IMG/VR virus record: IMGVR_UViG_3300045440_000165
Location: 11,735 to 75,734 of that record
DNA: 64,000 bases
Direction: 5' to 3' (one strand)
Source of the DNA: a virus
Of the stretch, positions 9,294-18,926 are shown piece by piece. Position numbers and translations under genes: made by a program. The notes under the pieces are model-generated. The model saw nothing but the letters and a program-made list of their open reading frames with translations, was not told where the DNA came from and ran no database searches. Position 1 is the stretch's first letter; each line of letters opens with the position of its first letter.

Positions 9294-10178
9294 ATGTTAG
9301 CTAACTGGGTTAAAGAAACTAGCACTACAACAGGCACTGGCACTTTGACACTAACATCGGTGCCGGGATTTCCACGCTTCAGCGAAGCATTTGCGGTTAA
9401 TGAGCTTGTAAATTACGCAATATTAACTGACGATTCTCCCCCTAAACCATTGGAGTGGGGTATTGGTACTATCGGTGCAAGTAACACCTTGGCACGTTCT
9501 GTTGTTCTTGGCACTTATGCTGGTAGTGTATTAGAGACGGGATCTCCTACAGCAGTAAGTTTATCTGCTGGTACTTATAATATTATTTGTACTCAGGTAA
9601 TGGGTAGCACAGTACCGGGAATTATCGGTGTAGACTCTACTAACGGTAGCGGTGGCATTCTCGTCCCGTTTCCGTGGATGACGTCAGGTAGTGCTGGCGG
9701 ATTAGGCACAACTGCTGATAGACTTTATTTGTGCAACTTTAGGGTTAGTACACCGCGTAAGATTACAAGTATAAAAATGCGCGTGGGAATTAGCATAACA
9801 GGCAATTGTAGGATGGGTATTTACAAAGTTAAAACTGATGGTACTGCGGGTGAGCTTCTATATTCATCTGAGGATATATCCACTACAGCGGGCGGTGTTA
9901 TTTCATGGACTTTTTCTCCTGCTAAGATTTTACCTCCGGGTTGGTACTATTTTGGTTTTGCACCAAAGGGTATCGCTCCTAACATGAACGTGTTTTCTTA
10001 CAATGCTACTTATTCAGCCGAAACATTGGTTGGTACAGATTCTACAGCGGTGCAAGGGATTATTTATAAATATGCAGCCCTTTCAGGTGGATGGACAACT
10101 TTACCAAATCCTGCACCTACTAGCCTAACGGCTGTGAATAACTCAGCCCCTCCAGCATTTGGCTTGACGTTAGGATAA
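9294..10178 (+). CDS. putative fibre/appendage protein (module gene 2)
   Basis: N-terminal ANWVKETSTTTGTGTLTL typical of phage fibre-anchor domains; C-terminal beta-sandwich-like region. Confidence 0.7.
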   Translation: MLANWVKETSTTTGTGTLTLTSVPGFPRFSEAFAVNELVNYAILTDDSPPKPLEWGIGTIGASNTLARSVVLGTYAGSVLETGSPTAVSLSAGTYNIICTQVMGSTVPGIIGVDSTNGSGGILVPFPWMTSGSAGGLGTTADRLYLCNFRVSTPRKITSIKMRVGISITGNCRMGIYKVKTDGTAGELLYSSEDISTTAGGVISWTFSPAKILPPGWYYFGFAPKGIAPNMNVFSYNATYSAETLVGTDSTAVQGIIYKYAALSGGWTTLPNPAPTSLTAVNNSAPPAFGLTLG

Positions 10179-10180
10179 TC

Positions 10181-11521
10181 ATGAGTATAGGACTAGAATC
10201 ATTAGGTTTAATTCCAATTGGTTTGCCGTCCACTAGTCAAGCCAGTAATGCAACTACAGTCAGTTGTACTACTGGCGCTATGGCAATTGGTGGATTAACC
10301 GCGACTGTAGGAACATCTACAACTATTTCATGCTCTGTGGCTTCGTTAAGTGTAGCCGGACTTAGTGCAAACGTTCAATTTGGCACTATTACGATAACAA
10401 GTCCTGTCACTTTTCAAACATTCCAAAGAGATGGATCTAATCAAGCTAATATTGCAATAACAGGTACATACACAGGTTCCCCAACGTCTATTCAAGCTAG
10501 TTTTAACGGGGGGGCTTGGGCTAATATCGTGGCATCTCCAGCAGGCGGGACTTTTTCAGGTACATTGTCAGCTCAGTCTATGGGGCAGGGTACCTTATCT
10601 GTGAGATTCGGTAATGATACGTCTGTTGTTGCAACTAAGTTAAAAGTTAAAATTGGCGACATCTACATAGTAATGGGGCAATCAAATCACGTTGGTCAAG
10701 CACCCAACTATGTGAATCCATCTACTGCAAATGGTAATGCATCAATTTGGGGTGTAGACGGGACTTGGCGGGAGTTGCTAGAAACAACTTCCGATAGATT
10801 TAGTACACGTGCTAATGGCGTGCAATGTAGTGCGATGAATCAGTTGGTAGTTGACGGTCAAGGCTCGTATTTCGGTGCTTTGGCGACATTGATCATGGCT
10901 GCGGGTGTGCCTGTTGCATTTGTGCCGTGCGCGATTGGTAGTTCTGCTATTTCAGGGTGGCAACCCGGTGGCACACATAATAACCCGGCCACGGCTTACG
11001 GCTCAGCATTAACACGTGCTCAATCTGTTGGTAATTTTAAGGCCGCGTTATGGTATCAAGGTGAGATGGACGGTCTTTTAGCTACTACTTACGCGACTTA
11101 TGTATCTCTACTAAACTCATTGATTGATAGCTGGTATGCAGATACCGGCAAAAAGGTAGTTGTTTATCTTACTAATCGAACAGGTTCCGGCACATTGTCT
11201 GCAGCTCAGACAATCCAGAATGCTCAATTGTATGTTGGTAGGAGTAATGCAAACGCTATTCCCGGACCAAACATGGATTTACTGTGGAGTAGCAATGTCC
11301 ACTACCAAACAGCAGGGGATATAAATGCTGTTGCTTCAAAAACATTTGATGTGTTATCAGCTCAATACTACGGGGGAACTGTAGTCAGTTGCAGCGCAGC
11401 TTCCATACCGGATATTGGACTATCATGCTCGATTTCAGCTTCTGGTGGCGCAAGTGCAGCCGTACTACCTCACTGGAACCCTCCTCTTTTCTCAAAAATG
11501 AACGGAAATTTTCAAGGCTAG
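10181..11521 (+). CDS. virion-associated SGNH/SASA (sialate O-acetylesterase-like) protein with repeat scaffold
   Basis: GQSN, GSSAISGW, WYQGE and VHY motifs; Ig-like segment; three T-x-x-S-C repeats. Confidence 0.8.
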   Translation: MSIGLESLGLIPIGLPSTSQASNATTVSCTTGAMAIGGLTATVGTSTTISCSVASLSVAGLSANVQFGTITITSPVTFQTFQRDGSNQANIAITGTYTGSPTSIQASFNGGAWANIVASPAGGTFSGTLSAQSMGQGTLSVRFGNDTSVVATKLKVKIGDIYIVMGQSNHVGQAPNYVNPSTANGNASIWGVDGTWRELLETTSDRFSTRANGVQCSAMNQLVVDGQGSYFGALATLIMAAGVPVAFVPCAIGSSAISGWQPGGTHNNPATAYGSALTRAQSVGNFKAALWYQGEMDGLLATTYATYVSLLNSLIDSWYADTGKKVVVYLTNRTGSGTLSAAQTIQNAQLYVGRSNANAIPGPNMDLLWSSNVHYQTAGDINAVASKTFDVLSAQYYGGTVVSCSAASIPDIGLSCSISASGGASAAVLPHWNPPLFSKMNGNFQG

Positions 11522-11524
11522 AAT

Positions 11525-12409
11525 ATGTTACAAACATTTAAAAATGGGCAGGGTTCTGTCGTACTAAGGGTAAAGTTGCTAGATTCTTCTGCAACAACTG
11601 GGGCCGGTCTAACCGGCTTAACAAGCGCATCATCTGGTCTTATTATCTCTACAATTGCAGATAATGAGGCAACAGCGGTGGCATATACTGTGGCAGGGGC
11701 TACTATAGAGACAATTACAACTCTAGGTACTTACGCTGCCCCTACAGCTTCGAAATGCCGATTTAAGGAAGTGGATGCAACAAACCATAAAGGTGTATAT
11801 GAGATTCAAATCGCAGATGCTAGATTCGCTGTTGCAAGCGCTAAAAGCCTCATAGTTAGCATTGCTGGTGCTACGAATTTGGCACAAGCGGATTTTGTAG
11901 TCCAATTGCAAAGTGATGATCCGTATATTGCAAAGCCAACTAACTATGCATCTTTGGTTATCGATGGTAGTGGTCGTGTGGATGTTAGCAAAATTGCTGG
12001 TACTGCACAGACAGGAAGAGATATTGGAGCAAGTGTCCTTGTATCTTCTGGTACAGGTACAGGACAAATTAGTATTACTTCAGGTGTTGTTAGTAGTAAT
12101 ATTACGCAAATCGGTGGTAGTGTTCCTGCACTTACAGGCTTCAAACAAGCAGTTCTTGGTAACGTTGTTGGTACTGTTGGCTCTGCAAGTTCAACTACTA
12201 GTATTGTAACTTCTGCTTTAACTCCTGCTGGCGCTGCAACAGACCAATTTAAAGGTAGGATTATTACTTTTGATCAGGCAACAACTACAGTAGCTCTTAG
12301 AGGTCAGTCAACAGACATTACAGCAAGTACAAACTCTGCTACTCCTACATTCACAGTTACAGCTCTTACTACAGCGCCTGTTTCTGGTGACACGTTTAGC
12401 ATTACTTAA
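11525..12409 (+). CDS. putative virion structural protein (module gene 4)
   Basis: Thr/Ala/Gly-rich; DSSATTGAGLTGL, KEVDATNHKGVYE, C-terminal TAPVSGDTFSIT. Confidence 0.7.
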   Translation: MLQTFKNGQGSVVLRVKLLDSSATTGAGLTGLTSASSGLIISTIADNEATAVAYTVAGATIETITTLGTYAAPTASKCRFKEVDATNHKGVYEIQIADARFAVASAKSLIVSIAGATNLAQADFVVQLQSDDPYIAKPTNYASLVIDGSGRVDVSKIAGTAQTGRDIGASVLVSSGTGTGQISITSGVVSSNITQIGGSVPALTGFKQAVLGNVVGTVGSASSTTSIVTSALTPAGAATDQFKGRIITFDQATTTVALRGQSTDITASTNSATPTFTVTALTTAPVSGDTFSIT

Positions 12410-12411
12410 TC

Positions 12412-12702
12412 ATGGCTATCACTAGGGTTAGTTCTGGCGGGTTTGGAGCTAGAAGGTCTGGCAGCTTTGCTAGTAAATACGTAGCCCCTGTGGTAATTAA
12501 AACTAGACTCGGCTCTTCTGGATTTGGTGTTCGCAGGTCTGGAAGTTTTGCTGGTAAAACAGCATCAATCACTTCCTCGTTAAAGACAAGGTTGGGTTCC
12601 GGTGGTTTTGGCGTTAGAAGAGCTGGTAGTTTTTTAAGTAAATCACAGACAGGAAGTATTTTAGCTTCATGTTTAACAATAGTGCGTAGACGCAGGAGAT
12701 AG
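12412..12702 (+). CDS. small basic protein with three TRxxSxGFGxRRxGSFxxK repeats and RRRRR tail
   Basis: Tightly packed in operon; repeat conserved at protein level with synonymous divergence. Confidence 0.8.
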   Translation: MAITRVSSGGFGARRSGSFASKYVAPVVIKTRLGSSGFGVRRSGSFAGKTASITSSLKTRLGSGGFGVRRAGSFLSKSQTGSILASCLTIVRRRRR

Positions 12703-12704
12703 AT

Positions 12705-13100
12705 ATGGCAGTAAGAAGTGTTTCTAGAGGTTTAGTAGGGTCATCAAGCGTTAGCCTTGAAGATGGCTCCAAGATATTTGATGATGAACTAGGAAGAGTT
12801 GTCACTATCTCTTGGAGCGGTTTGCTCAATGGTGACTCAGGGGAGCCTGCTAATTTAGCAGAATTCTCAGATAGAAGTATACAGATTGCAGGTACGCTAG
12901 GCACAGGTGGAACAATAGTAGTGGAAGGATCTAATGATGGTACAACTTATTATACGTTAAAAGATCTATTTGGTACATCCTTATCTACTACTTCTCTAAT
13001 ATTAGCTGGAATAGCTGAAATTACAAAATGGATACGGGTGAGGGTAACAGCAGGTAATGGTTCTACAAATCTACAAGCTATTATTGTAGCACGTAGATAG
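12705..13100 (+). CDS. putative virion structural protein (module gene 6)
   Basis: EGSNDG and WIRVRV motifs of small beta-sandwich phage proteins. Confidence 0.7.
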   Translation: MAVRSVSRGLVGSSSVSLEDGSKIFDDELGRVVTISWSGLLNGDSGEPANLAEFSDRSIQIAGTLGTGGTIVVEGSNDGTTYYTLKDLFGTSLSTTSLILAGIAEITKWIRVRVTAGNGSTNLQAIIVARR

Positions 13101-13136
13101 TATCAAATTAGTAGTATAACTCTCGGCAGGAAAATT

Positions 13137-13478
13137 ATGACAAAACCTAAAATAGCTGTCAAAGAACAGCCACTCTTTTTTAAAAAGAAACATGAACTAG
13201 CTAAACTCCTTAAGGAAATTGAAAAAGGCAGCGAAGAAAGTGTGCATCTTTTACTCACTACCATGAGGGATGAAAAGACAGATTTAAAAACCAGAATCTT
13301 AATTGCTGAGAGTATTATCACAATGCAAACAAAGATTGCAGATCAAATTAGTAGAGATACATTGAACAGACAAATTGCTGAAATCAAGATTAATGGGCTT
13401 TCAAAGCCGCTATCAATAGATGAAGATCAGCCAAGGGTTATGCCGATGATTGATTTAAATAATATCCGAGAGGTATAG
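13137..13478 (+). CDS. putative terminase small subunit
   Basis: Helical 113-aa protein immediately upstream of terL. Confidence 0.55.
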   Translation: MTKPKIAVKEQPLFFKKKHELAKLLKEIEKGSEESVHLLLTTMRDEKTDLKTRILIAESIITMQTKIADQISRDTLNRQIAEIKINGLSKPLSIDEDQPRVMPMIDLNNIREV

Positions 13479-13482
13479 AAAT

Positions 13483-13511
13483 TTGACAAATAATAAGTTA
13501 TAAATTATACT
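13483..13511 (+). promoter_or_regulatory. sigma70-type promoter upstream of terL
   Basis: TTGACA-17 nt-TATACT. Confidence 0.7.
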
Positions 13512-13710
13512 TTACAAGTAAATAACACATTTACAAATTATAGTAACCCTACCAGACAGAGTTCAAATCGGGTTACTTCACTGTTAATGCTACTCCGCGT
13601 AGTGTTGATAGATTAGAGGAGAGGGTACTAAGTATTGTAGTACCGCGTTACGGGGCAGGAAGGGTAGCCCCTGACAAGAATAATTAAAGCAAATAATAAG
13701 AGGATTACAG

Positions 13711-15147
13711 TTGACAAAAGAACAAGCTCCTGTGTTCTCTCCCAGTTCAGAGTGCCATAGGATATTTCTAAACTGTAAGAGTAACTTTATCATATTTGGT
13801 GGTGGCGCGGGGTGCGGGAAAACGCATCAAGCCCTAATGCTCATCTTGAAATATAAAGATGATCCTAATTTCAGAGCTGTATTCATCCGAGAAACATCTA
13901 CGCAGCTATCACAAGCGGGTGGTTTGTTCCAAGAAGCACAAGCTATGTGGAAATATTTTGGCGCGGTATTTAAATACATGCCAAATATGAGTGCCACATT
14001 TCCTTCAGGTGCTCAAGTACAGTTTAAAGTGTGCGGTGCTGATAGAGATATTTCAAACTACGACGGTGGACAATACTCATTAGTAATTTTTGATGAAGCT
14101 CAAAACCACTCAGAAGTGCAGGTACGTTATCTAGAATCTCGTATCCGCTCTAAAGCTAAAGGCCCACACCAGTTAATAGCAACATGTAATCCAAAGTTTA
14201 ATTCTTGGCTATTGCCATTTGTTCATCCTTACCTAGATCCTGATTCTGGTATTCCTAATCCGGATATGTTCGCTAAGGAAATGTACTATGGCTCCTACGG
14301 CGGTAAGATAGTAATTGGCAGATCAAAAGAAGAGCTAATAGCTCAATATCCAGATATAAGCTGCCAAAGTTATACCTTCATTGCAGCTACAATCGCAGAT
14401 AATCCTATCATGCGAAAGCTCAACCCAGAGTATGTAAAACGACTTGAAGGCTTGAAGCGAGTAGAAAGAGAACGATTATTATTAGGCTCATGGTTTGCTA
14501 AAGAAAACAATTCATCCTACTTTAAACGAGATTGGGTAGAAATAATAGACAAGCCTCCTACTAATGCAGCTATGCGCGTTAGAGGTATGGACTTTGCAGC
14601 AACACTCCCATCGGAGAGTAATCCTAATCCAGACTGGACAGCTTCTGTTCTAGTTAGTAGAACTCCAGACTTCTATGTTATCGAGCATGTCGAGCGCTAC
14701 AGGAAACTTACTAACAGCGTTCTTGAACATATTGTAGAGACAGCTAAAGCTGATAGAGGGTACTCAGGTGATGTACCTGTCTATTTCCCTAGAGATCCCG
14801 GCGCTGCTGGTGCTCAGTCTAGCATGTTTTTTATTAAATATCTAGTGGAACATGGGGTGATAGCCAAAGCTGAAAAAAGCTCAGGGCATTCGGGTAAGTT
14901 ATCTAGAGCACAGCCATTCTTAAGCTTATGTGAAGCTGGCTTGGTTAAGGTTGTTAAAGGAGATTGGAACGCTGATTTCTTTAACGAGCTAGAAGAATAT
15001 GTAGATGGTAAGCGAGGACAGAAAGATGATATGTGGGATGCTTGTGCTACAGCGTTTAAAGCTGTTATGAAGCAGAATACATTACCTTCATTTTCACTAC
15101 CTTCTGGTATGACTCAAGCTAGTCCTATACCAACTATACATGGATAG
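13711..15147 (+). CDS. terL: terminase large subunit
   Basis: Walker A GGAGCGKT, Walker B IFDE, ATCNP, nuclease GMDFA and KDDMWDA; TTG start with RBS GAGGA. Confidence 0.96.
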   Translation: MTKEQAPVFSPSSECHRIFLNCKSNFIIFGGGAGCGKTHQALMLILKYKDDPNFRAVFIRETSTQLSQAGGLFQEAQAMWKYFGAVFKYMPNMSATFPSGAQVQFKVCGADRDISNYDGGQYSLVIFDEAQNHSEVQVRYLESRIRSKAKGPHQLIATCNPKFNSWLLPFVHPYLDPDSGIPNPDMFAKEMYYGSYGGKIVIGRSKEELIAQYPDISCQSYTFIAATIADNPIMRKLNPEYVKRLEGLKRVERERLLLGSWFAKENNSSYFKRDWVEIIDKPPTNAAMRVRGMDFAATLPSESNPNPDWTASVLVSRTPDFYVIEHVERYRKLTNSVLEHIVETAKADRGYSGDVPVYFPRDPGAAGAQSSMFFIKYLVEHGVIAKAEKSSGHSGKLSRAQPFLSLCEAGLVKVVKGDWNADFFNELEEYVDGKRGQKDDMWDACATAFKAVMKQNTLPSFSLPSGMTQASPIPTIHG

Positions 15148-15160
15148 AAATGTGTAGTAT

Positions 15161-15189
15161 TTGACATATAATGTTGCCTATGTTATACT
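15161..15189 (+). promoter_or_regulatory. sigma70-type promoter upstream of portal
   Basis: TTGACA-17 nt-TATACT with extended -10 TG. Confidence 0.75.
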
Positions 15190-15234
15190 TCAGAAATTCG
15201 AAATAATTGCAACAATACAATATAAGGGTGTTTT

Positions 15235-16740
15235 ATGGCTAGAAAAGCCCAATCGAAAGATAATGCGGCTAATTTGGCTGCAGATGCCGATGCCAGTATT
15301 CCACGAATATCTCTAGGAGAGACAGGCTTCACTGGGCTACGTGTCACTAACAAGCAGATAGTAGAAGAGTCTAACAGAGTATTCAGATACCCTAGCACGC
15401 TTAAAGTGGTATCTGAGATGAAAGTAGATCCCACTGTAGCTGCAGCTCTAAATATCTATAAAATAATGATAGGCCGAGTTAAGTGGACTGTCAAGCCACC
15501 TGAAGATGCAACAGATAAAGAAATTGCTAGAGCTAAGTTTGTAGAGTCTTGCATGGATGACATGGATAGCACTTGGAATAACTTTATTAGTGAAGTTACT
15601 TCATATCTACCTTATGGATTTGCAGTCATTGAAAAAGTGATGCGACGCAGGCTTAAGCGCAATGGTAGTAAATTTAACGATGGGCTTGTAGGTCTTGCAA
15701 AGCTAGCTCCTCGTGGTCAGGATACAATTAAAAATTGGTATTTCTCCCCTGACGGACGAGAGTTTCTTGGAGTGGGGCAGTCAATTGCTAATCTAGAAAA
15801 TAGCTACAGATATGTCAATGTCACTAATGCTGAAGATGGATTAGTAACTATCCCACGCGAGAAGTTTCTATTATTTTGCGCAGATAGTGAAAAAGATAAT
15901 CCTCAAGGCAGATCAATTCTAAAATCCGTATATCTCCCTTACAAGCAACTCACCTTACTAAAAGATCAGTTGATGCTAGGTGTTAGTAAAGATTTACAAG
16001 GGATTCCAAAAGTTGGTATGCCAGTTAAGTATTTTGACACCAACGCTAGCGCAGAAGACAGAGCCGTATATCAAGGATTTAAAGACATTGTAGATGGATT
16101 AGCTGCAGGTACTAGAAGCGGAATTATGTATCCGCTAATATTCGATGAGATTTCAAAGCAGCCTTTATTCTCTGTAGACTTGCTAGAAGCTAAGGGTGGT
16201 AAAGCTTTTGATATTCCGGGCATTATTAAGTCTCTCCAGAATGACATTCTAACAGCTCTTAATGTAGATATTATCAAACTTGGTAGCGATTCAAAAGGTA
16301 GTTTTAGTCTTGCAGATAGCAAAGAAAATCTGTTAGCTATGGCACTAGAGTTTAGGTTACAAGAAATTCGTGCTGTGCTTAATAAAGATTTGATGGTTGA
16401 TCTATTCCGTCGTAATGGTTGGGATATAGAAAGATTACCAACATTTGAATTTGGTGATCTTGTAGACATCGATACAGAAGCTTTCTCCAAGTTAATTCAA
16501 CGTTGTGCTAGTGTAGGTCTTGTCAATGCAGATAAAGATATTATTAATAAAGTGCGTGAAGTTATTGGCGTACCTATTATACCAGAAGATCAAGAAATAG
16601 ACAGAGATACGTTAATAGGCTCTACAAGCAGATCTGGAGACGGAATGGCTGCAGGTAAATCTGGTAATGGTACATCGGATATTGGTGGAGATAGTAATAA
16701 GCAAGATGCTTCTGCTGCAAATGCAGACAATAAAGCCTAA
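15235..16740 (+). CDS. portal protein
   Basis: Follows terL; YGFAVIEKV, NPQGRSIL, GSFSLA motifs. Confidence 0.9.
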   Translation: MARKAQSKDNAANLAADADASIPRISLGETGFTGLRVTNKQIVEESNRVFRYPSTLKVVSEMKVDPTVAAALNIYKIMIGRVKWTVKPPEDATDKEIARAKFVESCMDDMDSTWNNFISEVTSYLPYGFAVIEKVMRRRLKRNGSKFNDGLVGLAKLAPRGQDTIKNWYFSPDGREFLGVGQSIANLENSYRYVNVTNAEDGLVTIPREKFLLFCADSEKDNPQGRSILKSVYLPYKQLTLLKDQLMLGVSKDLQGIPKVGMPVKYFDTNASAEDRAVYQGFKDIVDGLAAGTRSGIMYPLIFDEISKQPLFSVDLLEAKGGKAFDIPGIIKSLQNDILTALNVDIIKLGSDSKGSFSLADSKENLLAMALEFRLQEIRAVLNKDLMVDLFRRNGWDIERLPTFEFGDLVDIDTEAFSKLIQRCASVGLVNADKDIINKVREVIGVPIIPEDQEIDRDTLIGSTSRSGDGMAAGKSGNGTSDIGGDSNKQDASAANADNKA

Positions 16741-16752
16741 TAAGGATATTTA

Positions 16753-17607
16753 ATGAGTAAAAAACTATTAAGGCTTACAGAAGCTTTGTATTCTCAGCCA
16801 CATTTAATTTCGCAAACAGGGTTTAATACAATTAGTCAATACCTCAGCAATCGTAACAGGTTTGGCTTAATGAATCCATCGGGGAATATGCTCAACGAGG
16901 AAGATGACACTCCAGAGGATTTAGATGATTTCTCTGTAGAGCTTGGCATCGGAGTTGTGCAAGTACAAGGAGCTTTAACATATAAACCTGTTAATAGTAT
17001 GTGTGCTGATGTTGGTTGCAGCTACGAAGACATCTTAGAGCAAGTTGGGGAAATGATTGACGCTGGTGTAAAGACTATCGTTTTCAATTGTGACTCTCCC
17101 GGTGGTGAAGGATACGGTGCATTTGAATGTGCTGATGAAATTCGTAAGATGTGTGATGCAACTGGTGTATACACAATAGCTTATAACGATGGATGTATGG
17201 CTTCAGCTTGCTACGCGTTAGCTTGTCAATGTGATGAAGTAGTATCAAATCCAGCAGCAGAAACTGGCAGCATTGGTGTCTTGATAGCTTTGCACAATGA
17301 TAGCAAGATGTTAGAAGAAATGGGAATAGCTCGCAGCTTTATCTCTGCAGGAGAACAGAAGATTCCTTTCACGGAAGACGGAGCTTGGAAGCCAGAGTTT
17401 ATTGCAGATTTACAAAATAAAGTAGATACAATGTATCAATCATTCTGTGAGCATGTATCTAAGTACACAGGACTTTCTGTTGACAGTATCAGAAGTACGC
17501 AAGCTAAATGTTTTCTTGCTGATGATGCTTTAGCGTTAGGGTTAGTAAACAGTGTGATGACACGTTCTGCTTTTGTTGAATACATCTTATCAAAACAGAA
17601 TAAATAG
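16753..17607 (+). CDS. prohead protease (peptidase S49)
   Basis: DSPGG, ASACY, GSIGV motifs. Confidence 0.92.
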   Translation: MSKKLLRLTEALYSQPHLISQTGFNTISQYLSNRNRFGLMNPSGNMLNEEDDTPEDLDDFSVELGIGVVQVQGALTYKPVNSMCADVGCSYEDILEQVGEMIDAGVKTIVFNCDSPGGEGYGAFECADEIRKMCDATGVYTIAYNDGCMASACYALACQCDEVVSNPAAETGSIGVLIALHNDSKMLEEMGIARSFISAGEQKIPFTEDGAWKPEFIADLQNKVDTMYQSFCEHVSKYTGLSVDSIRSTQAKCFLADDALALGLVNSVMTRSAFVEYILSKQNK

Positions 17608-17615
17608 GAGTAGGA

Positions 17616-18158
17616 ATGTTAGACAAATTAAAAAAAGCAGCTAAACAAGTTTTCAATACACAAACGGATGAAGTTATGCCAATTTTAGCAGAAGTAGTTA
17701 AGGAAGATATTAAACTAGATTTTGATGGTATGCAAGCAGAACTTTCAAATCTTAAATCTTCTTACGAATCTCAAACTTCCGTTCTCGGAAAATTAACAGA
17801 AGAGTTTTCAAAGCTGCAAGCAGAGGCTAGTAATTACAAGCAAGAGTTGGATGCGGCTTTAGGTCTTGTAGCATCTTTGCAAAAAGAAAACAAAGATGCA
17901 AAGATGTCAGCTAGGAAGTCTGCAGTTGAAGCATCTATTGGTACAGAAAAAGCTGATGCATTCTTAGCAGCAACAGAAGGCTTGGATGACGAAGCATTTA
18001 CCGCTATTGCAACTGCTCTAGCAAGCTCTATGGAAGTGGAAGCTAATTCTCCCATGTTCAAAGAAGTTGGTGTCACAGGTAAGACAGAGAGTGAACATTT
18101 AGCTAATGAAGAAACACCAGAAATGAAAATCCTCAAGAAAAAGTATCCCAAGAAGTAG
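17616..18158 (+). CDS. capsid scaffolding protein
   Basis: Coiled-coil, Ala/Glu/Lys-rich, between protease and capsid genes. Confidence 0.7.
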   Translation: MLDKLKKAAKQVFNTQTDEVMPILAEVVKEDIKLDFDGMQAELSNLKSSYESQTSVLGKLTEEFSKLQAEASNYKQELDAALGLVASLQKENKDAKMSARKSAVEASIGTEKADAFLAATEGLDDEAFTAIATALASSMEVEANSPMFKEVGVTGKTESEHLANEETPEMKILKKKYPKK

Positions 18159-18198
18159 TAAGAATATTATCAAGAAGTTAAATTAAAAGGAATATAAA

Positions 18199-18891
18199 AT
18201 GAGCGTAATTGCTACAAGCACTAATGTTTTCTCAACTGTTATCAAGCACGAATATGAGCCAAGCGTAGGTTTTTGCCGCGAAGCTGTCACCGTGTATGAT
18301 TCAGCTAGCACTTTCACACCGGGATCTGTTCTTGGTCGTTTCTTGGCAAGCCCTGTTTGCACTCCAGCAGCAGTAGTAGGTACTGGTAACGGTAGTATCG
18401 GCACTGTCACAGGTACAGGTAAAGCTATTGTTGGTACTTACACATTGCGTATCGTGTTGGCAGCAGCTAATGCAGGTAACTTCGAATTGTTCAACCCTAA
18501 TGGTGTATTGGTTGGCGTAGGTACTGTAGGTACAGCATTCGTATCTCCAGACATGACTTTCACTTTAGCCGATGGTTCCACAGACTTTGCTCTCGGTGAC
18601 ACTATTGCTATCGCTGTAACTGGCACCTACAAATACAAACTTGTAGAAGCTACTGCAACTGATGGCACAGCCGTTGCTGCAGGTATTTATATTGCTGATG
18701 CGTTGGGTAATTCTGGTGATGTAGCTATTGCAGCTAACACAGATACCACTGTCTTGGCAATCGTTCGTGGCCCTGTTGTGTACTCAAAAGATGAGCTTTC
18801 TTTCGGAGCTTCTGTTGATACCACTGCAGAGAAGAATAAAGCGTATGCAGAATTGGCGGCTCTTGGTATTGTTGCTGCTACCACAGCCTAA
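18199..18891 (+). CDS. head decoration protein
   Basis: Upstream of MCP; CREAVTV...GSVLG and VRGP...LAALGI motifs with central insertion. Confidence 0.8.
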   Translation: MSVIATSTNVFSTVIKHEYEPSVGFCREAVTVYDSASTFTPGSVLGRFLASPVCTPAAVVGTGNGSIGTVTGTGKAIVGTYTLRIVLAAANAGNFELFNPNGVLVGVGTVGTAFVSPDMTFTLADGSTDFALGDTIAIAVTGTYKYKLVEATATDGTAVAAGIYIADALGNSGDVAIAANTDTTVLAIVRGPVVYSKDELSFGASVDTTAEKNKAYAELAALGIVAATTA

Positions 18892-18926
18892 TTAACAATA
18901 CTATAATAAATAAATAAGGAAATATT

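Noticed and set aside
12412-12702. RiPP precursor with repeated cores
   Set aside because: No modifying enzyme, peptidase or transporter nearby; context is virion structural
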